A program made the position numbers and the translations under genes. Source: Vicinamibacterales bacterium (GTDB lineage: Bacteria > Acidobacteriota > Vicinamibacteria > Vicinamibacterales > 2-12-FULL-66-21). From it: a stretch of 64,000 nucleotides of DNA. Below are positions 29,824 through 43,388 of the stretch, piece after piece. The stretch covers positions 1,865 through 65,864 of the forward strand of contig JBBECO010000221.1 in assembly GCA_040881785.1 (NCBI GenBank). The letters are read 5' to 3'. Each line of letters begins with the position of its first letter. Within the stretch, counting starts at the first letter, position 1. The notes under the pieces are model-generated. The model saw only the letters and a program-made list of their open reading frames with translations, was not told the DNA's origin and did no database searches.

Positions 29824-30090
29824 CTATTCCCCGCAGCGCGCCACCGACCCGAGCCCGAAGCCGACCAGCGCGCCCACCAGGGCGCCGACACCGGCCGCAA
29901 CCATCACGGCGCTCCCGGGGCGCCGCCTGATTTTCAGAACGGCGGCTGCGGCCGCGTCCTCAGCGGCGTGCTGACTCCGGACCATGACCCGCCGGCCTTG
30001 GCGTCTCGTCTCGTCGAGCTTCTCGAGCGCCGGACTCAACCGTTCCTTCACGGCTTCCACTGCATTTGCGGCTCCACTGTCAGTGGCCAT
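29824..30090 (-). CDS. DUF883/ElaB-YqjD-like tail-anchored protein
   Basis: 88 aa from the ATG at 30090, with a helical N-terminal part and a C-terminal anchor GSAVMVAAGVGALVGALVGFGLG. Confidence 0.4.
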   Translation of the reverse strand: MATDSGAANAVEAVKERLSPALEKLDETRRQGRRVMVRSQHAAEDAAAAAVLKIRRRPGSAVMVAAGVGALVGALVGFGLGSVARCGE

Positions 30091-30491
30091 AGCGACCTCC
30101 GGCTGCGCTCGCCGCAAGAGCTGCGCCGTTATGTCCAGAGGAAGTGGCCCGACGATGGGCCGCGATACTCGCCGAAGCATCCCGCCCGATTTTCGCATCG
30201 GCAGAGCCGGCTCGTGCGGAGGATTTCCAAACGCGTGCGAACTTCTTCGCATCGGATCGGTACTCGTCGGTCGGCAGCTCGAAACACTGACCTTTCATTC
30301 GTTGACGGCGCCGACCGCCACCGCCTTTCGAACGCGACAAGGGAGCCACAGGGCTGCCAGCCGTAACCGTGGCCACACCGGTCATTCGCCTCACGCTATG
30401 GCTTCATTCTGGCATTTGCCGAGGAGCAGGGCGAGAAGGGACCGCAGGCGAGCACCGTGCGCATTCTCGGCAAGCATCATTACGTGGCGCC

Positions 30492-34518
<4,027 letters not shown>

Positions 34519-34519
34519 G

Positions 34520-34705
34520 ACCGTAGATACGATCGACGTCCGTCACCATCGCGAGGACGTGAACCCTCAGGTGGATGGCAAGTAACGCAGAGGCGAGATC
34601 CTTGTCGATGACGGCTTCAGTCCCCTCGAGCCGGCCTCCTCGCTGAACAACCGGTACACCTCCGCCCCCGAGTGCGATCACGAGCATGCCGGCATCGAAG
34701 AGCCA
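34520..34705 (-). pseudogene. carbamate kinase internal fragment (about 62 aa)
   Basis: LFDAGMLVIALGGGGVPVVQRGGRLEGTEAVIDKDLASALLAIHLRVHVLAMVTDVDRIYG is a carbamate-kinase core motif with no N- or C-terminus. Confidence 0.65.
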
Positions 34706-34919
34706 CCCGCGTCCGGAGCGACGGCTTCTCGAAGATCGTGGCGAGCGTCTTGCCGGCAAGCGCCTGCGCGTAACGTGCGGGCTGCTCCCGGACGTCAGCC
34801 GCGAGGGCAAGCAGCGCAAGTAACTCGTCGCGCGTCAGGTCGCGAATCGAGAGCAGATCCAGACCTCGTAGGGGTGCGCAGGTGTCCTGCGGCGATGTCT
34901 TCACCAGCGGCGCTGCCAT
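34704..34919 (-). pseudogene. ornithine carbamoyltransferase N-terminal fragment (about 70 aa)
   Basis: LRGLDLLSIRDLTRDELLALLALAADVRE...LAGKTLATIFEKPSLRTRV is the carbamoyl-phosphate-binding STRTR region. Homology ends there. Confidence 0.7.
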
Positions 34920-34925
34920 ACGCTC

Positions 34926-35372
34926 TCACCCGCGATTCTTGATGAGGAGCACTTCGACGATCTTCACGGCCGTGGCCTCGTCAATCTGAAGGACAGTCTG
35001 CAGCTCGTCGATGAACGCCTTCTCCTGGTCGCCAATGCGCCCGTCCGCCAACGCGAGATCGGCCGCGAGGGCGAACGTGGTCGCCCGCAAGTCGGAGGGA
35101 ATCACTTTCGCGCACCCCGTCAGGATGGCTGGAAGGCCGTGCTCGGTCAGGAGGACGATCGCACGATTGGCCAGTGCCTCCATCGAGCCGTCGCCTGCCT
35201 GACGCAGTACATGTGATGTTCCCAGTACGCCCCCGATGCGCACCGCCTCCTCGGGGTTCACAGTGCCGTCGACGGTGATGGCGGCGATGAGGAGGGAGGC
35301 GATGGCCTCCGGAACCGTGAGCGGTGGTGCACCGACCGGCGTGTGCCGGAGCGCCTTGTCAACAACGGACAT
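34926..35372 (-). CDS. TerB-like (tellurite-resistance TerB family) protein
   Basis: 148 aa with AAITVDGTVNPEEA and ALAADLALADGRIGDQEKAFIDEL repeats typical of TerB-fold proteins. Confidence 0.55.
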   Translation of the reverse strand: MSVVDKALRHTPVGAPPLTVPEAIASLLIAAITVDGTVNPEEAVRIGGVLGTSHVLRQAGDGSMEALANRAIVLLTEHGLPAILTGCAKVIPSDLRATTFALAADLALADGRIGDQEKAFIDELQTVLQIDEATAVKIVEVLLIKNRG

Positions 35373-35679
35373 GACACACCTCTATCGGAGTGTGCAGAAA
35401 CTGCCGAACAATGACGTGTTCCCCCGCATTCGAGGGTCCGAGAGCAGAGAGGTTGTAGCCGTTGTGGTGAATCCCCATGTCGAACTGGATGGCCGAGACG
35501 GCCCGATCCTGGCCGAGCGTGATTGGGCTGTCTGGCAATTCGTCCGTTGTGCGGAATCCCAAGGTGGCTATGTCGCACGGACGATCGAGTTCCGCCGGTG
35601 TGAGGGACTCGGCAGGCGCGCGGGTGTCTCCCGATGCGATCGTCTTGGGTTTCGTCTTCTCCGCACGTGTCAGTGTCAC
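35359..35679 (-). pseudogene. Lon-like AAA_32-type protease N-terminal fragment
   Basis: LTPAELDRPCDIATLGFRTTDELPDSPITLGQDRAVSAIQFDMGIHHNGYNLSALGPSNAGEHVIVRQFL matches the N-terminus of about 800-aa ATP-dependent Lon-like proteases. The P-loop is degenerate and the rest is absent. Confidence 0.5.
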
Positions 35680-35709
35680 GGGATATCGCCTTCAATAGAG
35701 CCGCTCGGC

Positions 35710-37602
35710 CTACGCGGCAGCCGGACTGCGTTCGAGCGCCAGCCTGACGACGCTGCCGTCGAGCGTTTCCGCCTTCAGCAGGTCCGTCATCAGCGTGTCG
35801 AGCGCTGTCCGGTGTTCCGTGAGGAGTCGCTGCGCGCGCGCGAACTGCGCGTCGACAATCCGCTGGATTTCGCTGTCGATCGTGTCTCTGGTCTGTGGGC
35901 TGAGCTGACTCATGTCGCTCAGCGCCCCGCCGAGATACTGCAACTGCGGGCCCGCGTAGCGCACTGAGCCGAGCTTCTCACTCATGCCGAATTCGGTCAC
36001 CATGCGTCGCGCCAGCTCGGTCGCCCGCTGAATGTCGTCGCTCGCCCCCGTGCTGATCGTGCCGAAGACGATCTTCTCCGCGGCGCGGCCGGCCAGCATG
36101 ACGGCGAGCCGGTCTTCCAGCTCCTCGATCGTGAGGAGGTATCTGTCTTCCGCCGGCATTTGGAGCGTGTACCCGAGTGCACCCCGACTCCGAGGCACGA
36201 TACTCACTTTGCTGACGGGATCGCCGTGCGGCACGAGCTGGGCGACGAGCGCGTGCCCGGACTCGTGACACGCGACGGCGCGGCGCTCCTGCTCGTTCAT
36301 GACCCGCGTCCGCTTCTCCAGGCCTGCCACCACACGTTCCATGGCTGCCTCGAAGTCGGCGAACGTCACCGACTCGGCGTTCCGGCGCGCGGCCAGGAGC
36401 GCCGCCTCGTTCACGACGTTCGCGAGATCGGCGCCGCTGAAACCTGGGGTGACGCGGGCCGCACGCGGAAGATCGAAGTCGGGTGCCAGCGTGATCTTGC
36501 GGGTATGAATGCGGAGGATTTGTTCTCGACCGATCAGGTCAGGATTACCCAGGGCCACCTGCCGGTCGAAGCGGCCGGCCCGCAGCAGCGCTGGGTCGAG
36601 GATCTCGGGCCGGTTCGTCGCGGCCATGATGATCACGGGTTTCGCAACGTCGGCCTTGAAGCCGTCGATCTCGGCAAGCAACTGGTTGAGCGTTTGCTCG
36701 CGCTCGTCGTTGGCCACCACCCGGAATGCGGCACCGCGGCTTTGCCCGATCGCGTCGATCTCGTCGATGAACACGATGGCGGGCGCTACGCGCCGGGCCT
36801 GCTCGAAGAGGTCCCGCACGCGCGCGGCGCCCACGCCGACGAACATCTCGACGAACTCCGCGCCGCTGGTCTCGAAGAACGGCACCTGCGCTTCGCCTGC
36901 CGTCGCCTTTGCGATGAGCGTTTTCCCCGTACCTGGCGGTCCGACGAGCAGCACGCCTTTCGGGATCTTGCCGCCCAGCCGCGCAAACCGCTCCGGAGTC
37001 TTCAGGAACTGGATGATTTCCTGCAGCTCGGCAATGGCCTCGTCCGCGCCGCCGATGTCCGTGTACGTGACGCCGACCTCGCCAGCTCTGACCTCGGTGG
37101 CCTTGCTCTTCCCGACGCCAAAAACCCCACCGCCGGCAGTCCCCGCTCGCCGGTACGCCGAGTACCAGAACACGCCGAGCAGGAGCAACGGCAGGAACCA
37201 GGCCAAGACGAACTCCCCGATCGGACTGGCCGGCGGCCTGACGCGATACGTCACGCCGGCTGTGTCGAGCTCCTCGAGCAGCTTCGGATCGCCGTTCGGC
37301 GGCGCCACCGTGTCAAAGGGAATCGTCTTGTCGCGCTCGGACGTCGCCGCCGGGTTCTTCATCACGCCCGTGATCCGCGGGCTGCCGATCGTGATCTCGA
37401 CGAGCTGGCCGGCCTTCAGCTTCTCTCTGAATTCGCTGTAGGGTATCTCGCGGGCCGGAACCAGCATCGTACTGACGACGAATGCCTGAAAGAGCCAGAT
37501 CGCGAGCAGGCTTGTCAGCATGAAGCCGAGGCTGAACACCAGTTGCCGACCCGTGCGGGTCGGCCTGGCGTCGTCTCCGCGGGAATCGCGCTTGGTGGCC
37601 AC
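35710..37602 (-). CDS. ftsH: ATP-dependent zinc metalloprotease FtsH
   Basis: 630 aa with two N-terminal TM segments, [27 protein letters not shown], the SRH region and the HESGHAL zinc site. Confidence 0.95.
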   Translation of the reverse strand: MATKRDSRGDDARPTRTGRQLVFSLGFMLTSLLAIWLFQAFVVSTMLVPAREIPYSEFREKLKAGQLVEITIGSPRITGVMKNPAATSERDKTIPFDTVAPPNGDPKLLEELDTAGVTYRVRPPASPIGEFVLAWFLPLLLLGVFWYSAYRRAGTAGGGVFGVGKSKATEVRAGEVGVTYTDIGGADEAIAELQEIIQFLKTPERFARLGGKIPKGVLLVGPPGTGKTLIAKATAGEAQVPFFETSGAEFVEMFVGVGAARVRDLFEQARRVAPAIVFIDEIDAIGQSRGAAFRVVANDEREQTLNQLLAEIDGFKADVAKPVIIMAATNRPEILDPALLRAGRFDRQVALGNPDLIGREQILRIHTRKITLAPDFDLPRAARVTPGFSGADLANVVNEAALLAARRNAESVTFADFEAAMERVVAGLEKRTRVMNEQERRAVACHESGHALVAQLVPHGDPVSKVSIVPRSRGALGYTLQMPAEDRYLLTIEELEDRLAVMLAGRAAEKIVFGTISTGASDDIQRATELARRMVTEFGMSEKLGSVRYAGPQLQYLGGALSDMSQLSPQTRDTIDSEIQRIVDAQFARAQRLLTEHRTALDTLMTDLLKAETLDGSVVRLALERSPAAA

Positions 37603-37933
37603 ACTTCTTCCTTACGGTAGCCAGAGCAAATGGCAGGCCGCGGCGACGCTTCTCCTACCCTCATGCCATCGTTGACCCCGAGGCACAGGACCCGATGTGC
37701 CGTTGTCTTCGGACGGATGGGAGCTGCGAATTCTTCCGCACGCCCGGGAAAGATTCCGCCAGGAGCGTTTCCAACGTCCCGTCGAAACTCGTGAGCGCAA
37801 CCGTCGGTTTGACGTTTGAAACCGCCCGTCGCGGTCCACGCCCGACAGCGCACGGGCAACGGTCGGCGGGCGAGGGTCACGATCTGGGGTTGCTGGCGAT
37901 CCTCATCACTAACTAAACTAGGTGTGCGTCCGC

Positions 37934-37958
37934 AAACCTCGATGTTCTTCGAGGTTTT
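37934..37958 (+). terminator. orphan intrinsic-terminator-like hairpin (AAACCTCGA-TGTTCT-TCGAGGTTT followed by T)
   Basis: Perfect 9-bp stem and 6-nt loop followed by a 4-T run on the + strand only. No convincing + strand gene lies upstream. Confidence 0.3.
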
Positions 37959-38086
37959 GAGCCTGACGTATCACAGTCCAATCACAATCCATTTTGTAGT
38001 TAGACGACCATCAGTCCTCGACTGCCGCCTGTACACACGGAAGGCTACCATCGGGCCTCGAACCACTGGGAGGCGTGCGGGACGTG

Positions 38087-39655
38087 TCACGGGCGCCGCG
38101 GCTTACGCCTCGGCGCCATCACGTCTGCGAGCGTTTCGCCCAATTGCTCGAAATCAACGGGTTTCGTCAGGTAGCCGTCGAAGCCGGCTGCGGCAAGAGC
38201 CTCGGCATCCTTTGCGTAGCCCGTGACTGCCACCAGCTTCAACGAAGGGGGACAAAACCCGCCCGCCCGGAGCCTGGCTGCCAGCTCATATCCCGTCATC
38301 CCGGGAAGCCCGATATCCAGCAGCCCGACATCGGGGCAATCCGTTGCGACGGCCGCGAGCGCTGCGGGCCCGTCATGCGCCACGGCCACGTGGCATCCGA
38401 GCATTTCCAGAGCGCCGGCCATCATCTCGGCGGCGTCCGCGCTGTCTTCGACGAGCAGCACCTTCAGGCCGGCAGTGGTTGGCCGGGGCCGCTGCGGGGC
38501 CTGGTTGGTGTCTTGGACGGTGTCCAGCACCGGGAGGCGCACCACAAAATCGCTGCCCATCCCGACGCCCTCGCTCTTCGCCTCCACGCGTCCGTCGTGC
38601 AGCTCGATCAAACGCCGCACGATGGTCAGCCCGAGGCCCAGACCGCCCCCCGCACGGTCGGGACCCCGAGGGGCCTGCCTGAACAGGTCGAAGATGTTCG
38701 GCAGAAGATCCGCCGGGATGCCGATGCCATTGTCACGCACGTGTACCACCGCGCCCTCGTCGTCCCGCGCGAGGGACACTTCGATGCGACCGCCGAGGTT
38801 GGTGTATTTGGCGGCATTGGCGAAGAGGTTCGCGAAGCATTGTCCCAGGCGCACCGGGTCCGCCATCACGTAAATTCGCTCCGCTGGCTGGGACAGCGAG
38901 ACCACCTGCTTGCGAAGAGCAAACAGCCTTTGCGCAACCTCCAAGGCCTGTTGCACCTCCGTGCCCAGGTCCACGCGTGTCCGCTGAAGCGTAATCTTGC
39001 CCTCATTGATGCGAGCGAGGTCTAACAGATCGTCCAGCATTTGCTTCATGTGCCGCGCCTGACGGGTCGCGACTTCCAACGCGCCCTTCTGTGTCGCGGG
39101 GTCTGCGGGGCCTTCTTGAAGCAGAAACAGCGCCGTGGAAATAGCGCCCAGGGGATTGCGCAGTTCGTGGCCGAGCATCGCCAGGAACTCATCTTTCGAG
39201 CGGTCGGTCTGCGTCAGACGATCCGCGTAGGCTTGCAGGGTCTGCTGGACGCGGACAAATTCGCCCGCGGCCACGCGAACCATCTCGTTGACGTATTGGA
39301 TGATCACTCCGCGGTCGCGCGTATCGAGGAGATGGTCTGGCTCCAGTGCCTCCAGAACGATTTCCTGAAGAATGTGAAACTCGAGGATCAGTTCTTCCAG
39401 CGAGTACGTGGTTTGGTTCGCGCGCTCCTTGCCATGAACGGTCAGATACGCCAGGTCCCTCGCTGCGGTTCTGGGGTCTGTCTTGTCGCCAAGCACTTTC
39501 GCCATCACTTCAAGCATTTGCGCAAGGCTGTCGCGAAGAACGATTTTCGGAGCCCCTGCCGCTGGGGACACCTCCCCGCGCACACGGTCGTCCCACCGCT
39601 GCATGATGGCCGGTATCAAATCGACAAGGCGCTTGGCCGCAAGATTCTCAGACAT
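38087..39655 (-). CDS. hybrid sensor histidine kinase with C-terminal receiver domain
   Basis: H-box DEFLAMLGHELRNPLGAI, HATPase GGLGLGLTIVRRLIELHDGRVEAKSEG and receiver LKVLLVEDSADAAE...LLDIGLPGMTGYEL...VAVTGY. ATG at 39655. Confidence 0.85.
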   Translation of the reverse strand: MSENLAAKRLVDLIPAIMQRWDDRVRGEVSPAAGAPKIVLRDSLAQMLEVMAKVLGDKTDPRTAARDLAYLTVHGKERANQTTYSLEELILEFHILQEIVLEALEPDHLLDTRDRGVIIQYVNEMVRVAAGEFVRVQQTLQAYADRLTQTDRSKDEFLAMLGHELRNPLGAISTALFLLQEGPADPATQKGALEVATRQARHMKQMLDDLLDLARINEGKITLQRTRVDLGTEVQQALEVAQRLFALRKQVVSLSQPAERIYVMADPVRLGQCFANLFANAAKYTNLGGRIEVSLARDDEGAVVHVRDNGIGIPADLLPNIFDLFRQAPRGPDRAGGGLGLGLTIVRRLIELHDGRVEAKSEGVGMGSDFVVRLPVLDTVQDTNQAPQRPRPTTAGLKVLLVEDSADAAEMMAGALEMLGCHVAVAHDGPAALAAVATDCPDVGLLDIGLPGMTGYELAARLRAGGFCPPSLKLVAVTGYAKDAEALAAAGFDGYLTKPVDFEQLGETLADVMAPRRKPRRP

Positions 39656-39807
39656 CGGGCGAGCCGCTTGGTGTCTCCCAATAATGTGGAATAAAACGGG
39701 CCTCAAATCAACGCTTCACGCAACCTGGCGCAGGACACTTTCGCCATGGTCGGCGTGCGCCGGCTCGGCGTGGGGAATCGGACTGCCTTGCTGACCGCGA
39801 TGGCGCG

Positions 39808-40914
39808 TTATGGTGCGACGCCAGGCGAAACCGGCACGTCCTTCGCCGCCAGTGGCATGTCAATGATGAAGACGCAGCCTTTATCGGGAATATTGCGAAT
39901 GTGGATGTCCCCGCCGTGTGCCCTGACGGCTTTTCGGGCCATCGAGAGCCCCAGGCCGAGGCCTGTCCGGTCACGTCCGCGTCGCGTGCCGAACGATTGG
40001 AACGGGTCGCCTTCGCTGTCGGGAATGCCACCGCATTCGTCTTCGACCTCGATCAGGAGGCGCGCGTCCCCGGCGGTCCGTGCCCGCAGCACCACGCGCC
40101 CGCCAGGGGGCGTGTACTTGAAGGCATTGTTCAAGAGATTGGTCATCGCCGACGCGAGCAGCTGCGGGTCTGCGGTCACCGCCCACCCCGGATCGCCAGG
40201 CTCGATTGCGAATTGCAGTCCGCGGGACTCCGCGTGGAGGCCCCCGGCGATCGCGATGTCATTGAGGAACGGTGTGACCGGCACGCGCTCGCGTCGCTGC
40301 TGCTTGGCGGCAATTCGAATGTCGGACAGCGTGCTGTCGACGAGGTCGCGCAGCCCCATGAGGCTTCGCCCGAGCACCGCCCCGGTGCTGCCGTTGATGG
40401 CGACCGTACCCCGTTTGAGCGTCTGATACGCCAGGATCGCCGTATTGAGCAGGTCACGGGTCTCGTGAGCCACGTGTCCCGATCGCTCGGATTCTTCAGT
40501 GGACCTCGATTCGGCCGTGATGCGCGCGTGTTCTGTCACCGCTTCCGCGATCGCCGTGTCGAGACAGCCGTTCAGGGTTTTGAATTCGTCGGTGGTGATT
40601 GGCGCGTTCTGTTCGATGGCGAGTTCGGTCACGGCCTGACAGATGTCTCCGTAGTCGTGGACGACCTGAGACACGGTGAACCCGAGGGCGAGCAGGTCGC
40701 TCCCGTGGCGCGTCGCGGCGGTGCCGATCGCACCCTGGGGATGTGGCGCACCCGTTGATTCCGATCGGAGTTGCTCCGACAGTTGGGTCAGGAAGAGTGG
40801 GACGCCGTTCTCGAGTTCCTGCGCGGACGCCGAAGGCCATGGCCGAGCGGTGAGCTTTTCCCTCGCCCTCGTAATGATGGCATCGCGATACGTGGTGACG
40901 AACTCGTACAGCAT
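39808..40914 (-). CDS. sensor histidine kinase with RsbRD-N-like N-terminal domain
   Basis: MLYEFVTTYRDAIITRAREKL..., H-box SGHVAHETRDLLNTA, and HATPase NAFKYTPPGG...TGLGLGLSMARKAVRAHGGDIHIRN. Confidence 0.85.
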   Translation of the reverse strand: MLYEFVTTYRDAIITRAREKLTARPWPSASAQELENGVPLFLTQLSEQLRSESTGAPHPQGAIGTAATRHGSDLLALGFTVSQVVHDYGDICQAVTELAIEQNAPITTDEFKTLNGCLDTAIAEAVTEHARITAESRSTEESERSGHVAHETRDLLNTAILAYQTLKRGTVAINGSTGAVLGRSLMGLRDLVDSTLSDIRIAAKQQRRERVPVTPFLNDIAIAGGLHAESRGLQFAIEPGDPGWAVTADPQLLASAMTNLLNNAFKYTPPGGRVVLRARTAGDARLLIEVEDECGGIPDSEGDPFQSFGTRRGRDRTGLGLGLSMARKAVRAHGGDIHIRNIPDKGCVFIIDMPLAAKDVPVSPGVAP

Positions 40915-41145
40915 CGCATCCTCCTCTGGACACCTGCAATTTTACTCCGTCATACGCCGGTTCAGTGTGGAATACGGCTGTGCTGGCCACGACGCTCACG
41001 AACGAGGTCCGCCGGCGGGCGTGTGCCGCTGGTGGTGCCGCTGACGCTGTTCGGACATCACATCCGCCGATGCGGTGTACCGTAATCTGGAGGATCAGGT
41101 GTTGATACGGCCGCATCCCATCGAGCTGATGTTGCGTAACCACGT

Positions 41146-41658
41146 GTGAGCGCGATGAAGAAGAAGGTGGTCGTCAACGACCGCATGCAGCAAGGCTACG
41201 TCTACTGGCGCACCGAGCCGGTCGGCCGGCACTTCGCGCCAGCCTTCGCGCCGGAGCTGACGCCGGGGCAACTGCTGAAGCTCGGCGTCTTCGGCGGGAA
41301 GTACATGACCGACTGCCGGACCGAATTCCCGAAGGCCTGGTTCGCCGGCGCCAGGCTGTGCGCCGAGCGGCACGACCCGCGCCTGAACTGTTTCGGCGTC
41401 AACGCGTCGCAGTCGCTCGCGACCTGGCGTCGCAGCGGGTGGATCCACCCGCAGGATCCGCGCGGGTGGTTCCAGTGGTACTGCCGCTACTACCTGGGCC
41501 GGCGAAGCGCCGACGACGTGCGGCAGATTCGACGATGGCGCGCGATTGGACGACACCTGGCGGCCATTCGAAAGAACTGCGAACCAGGCGACCTCGAGTG
41601 CCGGAGGAAGCAGCGGCAGGCCGTGCTGCACTGGGCGTACGACAGCCGAAGGATCTAG
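41146..41658 (+). CDS. conserved hypothetical protein (Trp-rich GWIHPQDPRGWFQWYCRYYLGRR motif)
   Basis: 170-aa ORF with strong coding-like composition and a motif I recognise as recurring in bacterial hypothetical proteins, though I cannot name the family. Confidence 0.55.
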   Translation: MSAMKKKVVVNDRMQQGYVYWRTEPVGRHFAPAFAPELTPGQLLKLGVFGGKYMTDCRTEFPKAWFAGARLCAERHDPRLNCFGVNASQSLATWRRSGWIHPQDPRGWFQWYCRYYLGRRSADDVRQIRRWRAIGRHLAAIRKNCEPGDLECRRKQRQAVLHWAYDSRRI

Positions 41659-41665
41659 GAAGGAC

Positions 41666-42886
41666 ATGCCGGAACCACGCGACGCGTCGGTGGCCGCCCG
41701 CCTTCAGGAACAGGCGCTGGCGGAGCAGCTCGCGCTCAAGGACCGCGCGCTGGACGTCGCGGCCGAGGGCATCACTATTGTCGACGCGCGGCTGCCCGAT
41801 CGACCGCTGATTTACGCCAACGACGGATTCGAACGCCTGACAGGCTACCCGGTCGGCGAGGTGCTGGGCAGAAACTGCCGGTTCCTGCAGGGCCCCGACA
41901 GCGCTCCGACAGCGGTCGCGGAGATTCGCGCCGCCATCGCCGAGCAGCGCGAGTGCATCGTTGAGATCCTGAACTACCGGCGAGATGGCAGCCAGTTCTG
42001 GAACCGGCTCTCGATCACCCCTGTTCGCGACGAGTCAGGCGTGGTCACCCACTACATCGGGATCCAGTCGGATGTGACCGCGCGCCGCGAGGCCGAGCAC
42101 GGGCTGCGGCGCGCGAAGGCGGCGCTGGACCACGACCTCAAGCTTGCGGCGCGGGTCCAGCAGGCCCTGCTCCCCCCGGCGTCACTTCAGCTCGGAGGTC
42201 TGCGCATCGCCCGCGCCATGCGCCCCTGCACCGACCTGGCCGGCGATGCCGTGGGCGTCGTGGGCCTCCCTCATGGCCATGTGGGGCTCTACATGCTCGA
42301 CGTCAGCGGCCATGGCGTAGGAGCAGCGCTCCTGTCGTTCACGCTGAACCACATGCTGTCGCCCACTGCGGAGGGGGCGCTCCTCATCGAGGACACGGGA
42401 CAGGGGCTTGATGTCGTGGCACCGTCTCGCGTGGCCGAGCGCCTCAACCGGCAGTTTCCCATGGACCGGACGCGGCAGTACTTCACACTCGTCTACGGCG
42501 TCTTCGACCCGGCGCACGGGCGTTTCAGTTACGTCATGGCCGGTCATCCAGCGCCGATCGTGCTGCCCCGGATCGGACCGCCAGCGCCCCTCCACGGCCG
42601 CGGGCTTCCAATCGGCATGATCGAGCACGCGACCTTCGATGATGAAGCAGTAACCCTCCAGCCCGGAGACCGTCTCTACTTCTATACCGACGGCGTCATC
42701 GAGGCGCTGAACGGGTCGGAGCAGGAGTTCGGCCACGCGCGGCTGATGACCGAGATCGATCGGCTGCGAGACCATCCGCTGCGGCGAGGACTCGACGTCA
42801 TCGCGGACATCATCACAGACTGGTCGGGCGGTCAGTTAGGGGACGACGTGTCGCTGCTCGCGATCGAGCGGACCGAGGAGGTCTGA
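41666..42886 (+). CDS. LOV (PAS) domain - PP2C/SpoIIE serine phosphatase
   Basis: The LOV signature YANDGFERLTGYPVGEVLGRNCRFLQGPDS includes the flavin-adduct Cys. SpoIIE-like motifs are DLAGDAVGVV, YMLDVSGHGVGAALL, FYTDGVIEA and DDVSLLAIER. The ATG at 41666 is preceded by GGAAGGA. Confidence 0.85.
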   Translation: MPEPRDASVAARLQEQALAEQLALKDRALDVAAEGITIVDARLPDRPLIYANDGFERLTGYPVGEVLGRNCRFLQGPDSAPTAVAEIRAAIAEQRECIVEILNYRRDGSQFWNRLSITPVRDESGVVTHYIGIQSDVTARREAEHGLRRAKAALDHDLKLAARVQQALLPPASLQLGGLRIARAMRPCTDLAGDAVGVVGLPHGHVGLYMLDVSGHGVGAALLSFTLNHMLSPTAEGALLIEDTGQGLDVVAPSRVAERLNRQFPMDRTRQYFTLVYGVFDPAHGRFSYVMAGHPAPIVLPRIGPPAPLHGRGLPIGMIEHATFDDEAVTLQPGDRLYFYTDGVIEALNGSEQEFGHARLMTEIDRLRDHPLRRGLDVIADIITDWSGGQLGDDVSLLAIERTEEV

Positions 42887-43021
42887 CACAATTCCTGGCG
42901 ATGCTCTCTTATCAGCCTGCTTCAAGTCGTTGATTACATCGGCGATCCAGTCCGCCCGAAAGGTCGCCGACGTGTGCGATAATCACTGGTCGACCGCTCG
43001 CAATTTGTTGGATTTCTAAAC

Positions 43022-43111
43022 GGAGAGATGTCCGAGTGGTTGAAGGAGCACGCTTGGAAAGCGTGTGTAGGGGAAACTCTACCGAGGGTTCGAATCCCTC
43101 TCTCTCCGCCA
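43022..43111 (+). tRNA. tRNA-Ser (anticodon GGA), CCA encoded
   Basis: Acceptor GGAGAGA/TCTCTCC. Anticodon stem CACGC/GCGTG with loop TTGGAAA. Long variable arm, T-arm GAGGG-TTCGAAT-CCCTC, and discriminator G followed by CCA. Confidence 0.9.
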
Positions 43112-43112
43112 G
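43092..43112. repeat. 21-bp direct repeat copy 1 (GAATCCCTCTCTCTCCGCCAG), the 3' end of tRNA-Ser; attL-like
   Basis: An identical 21-mer recurs at 48043-48063. Confidence 0.85.
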
Positions 43113-43388
43113 TTACTTCTCGCTATTTTTCTTCAGCATTTCGCACGAAATCGCCAAGACTCGGATTCTCGCTGCCATCTCGTCACTGGTGCGCAGAAAT
43201 GCGGAGCAGTTCTGTGGTTTCTCAGGCCGAAATCGCCCGAGTGACATCTCCGCGTGACATTCCGTCAGGGCAGGCCACGGTTCGGGGGCGCAGCGAGGTT
43301 GCCCGGAAGCACTCGACGCCACCACGCAACGGCCCGCCATGGTTGCGCCGCGCACGCGGCCATCGCCAGCTGGTCGACGAGCCGGTGG

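Noticed and set aside
30080-30394. 104-aa minus-strand ORF upstream of the ElaB-like gene as a real gene
   Set aside because: It is Gly/Arg/Ala-rich with no motif, overlaps the PolX 5' region on the other strand and has no clear RBS. I left it unannotated.
37695-37916. 73-aa plus-strand ORF ending 18 nt before the orphan hairpin
   Set aside because: Its composition is not protein-like and there is no RBS. I kept it only as context for a possible small RNA.
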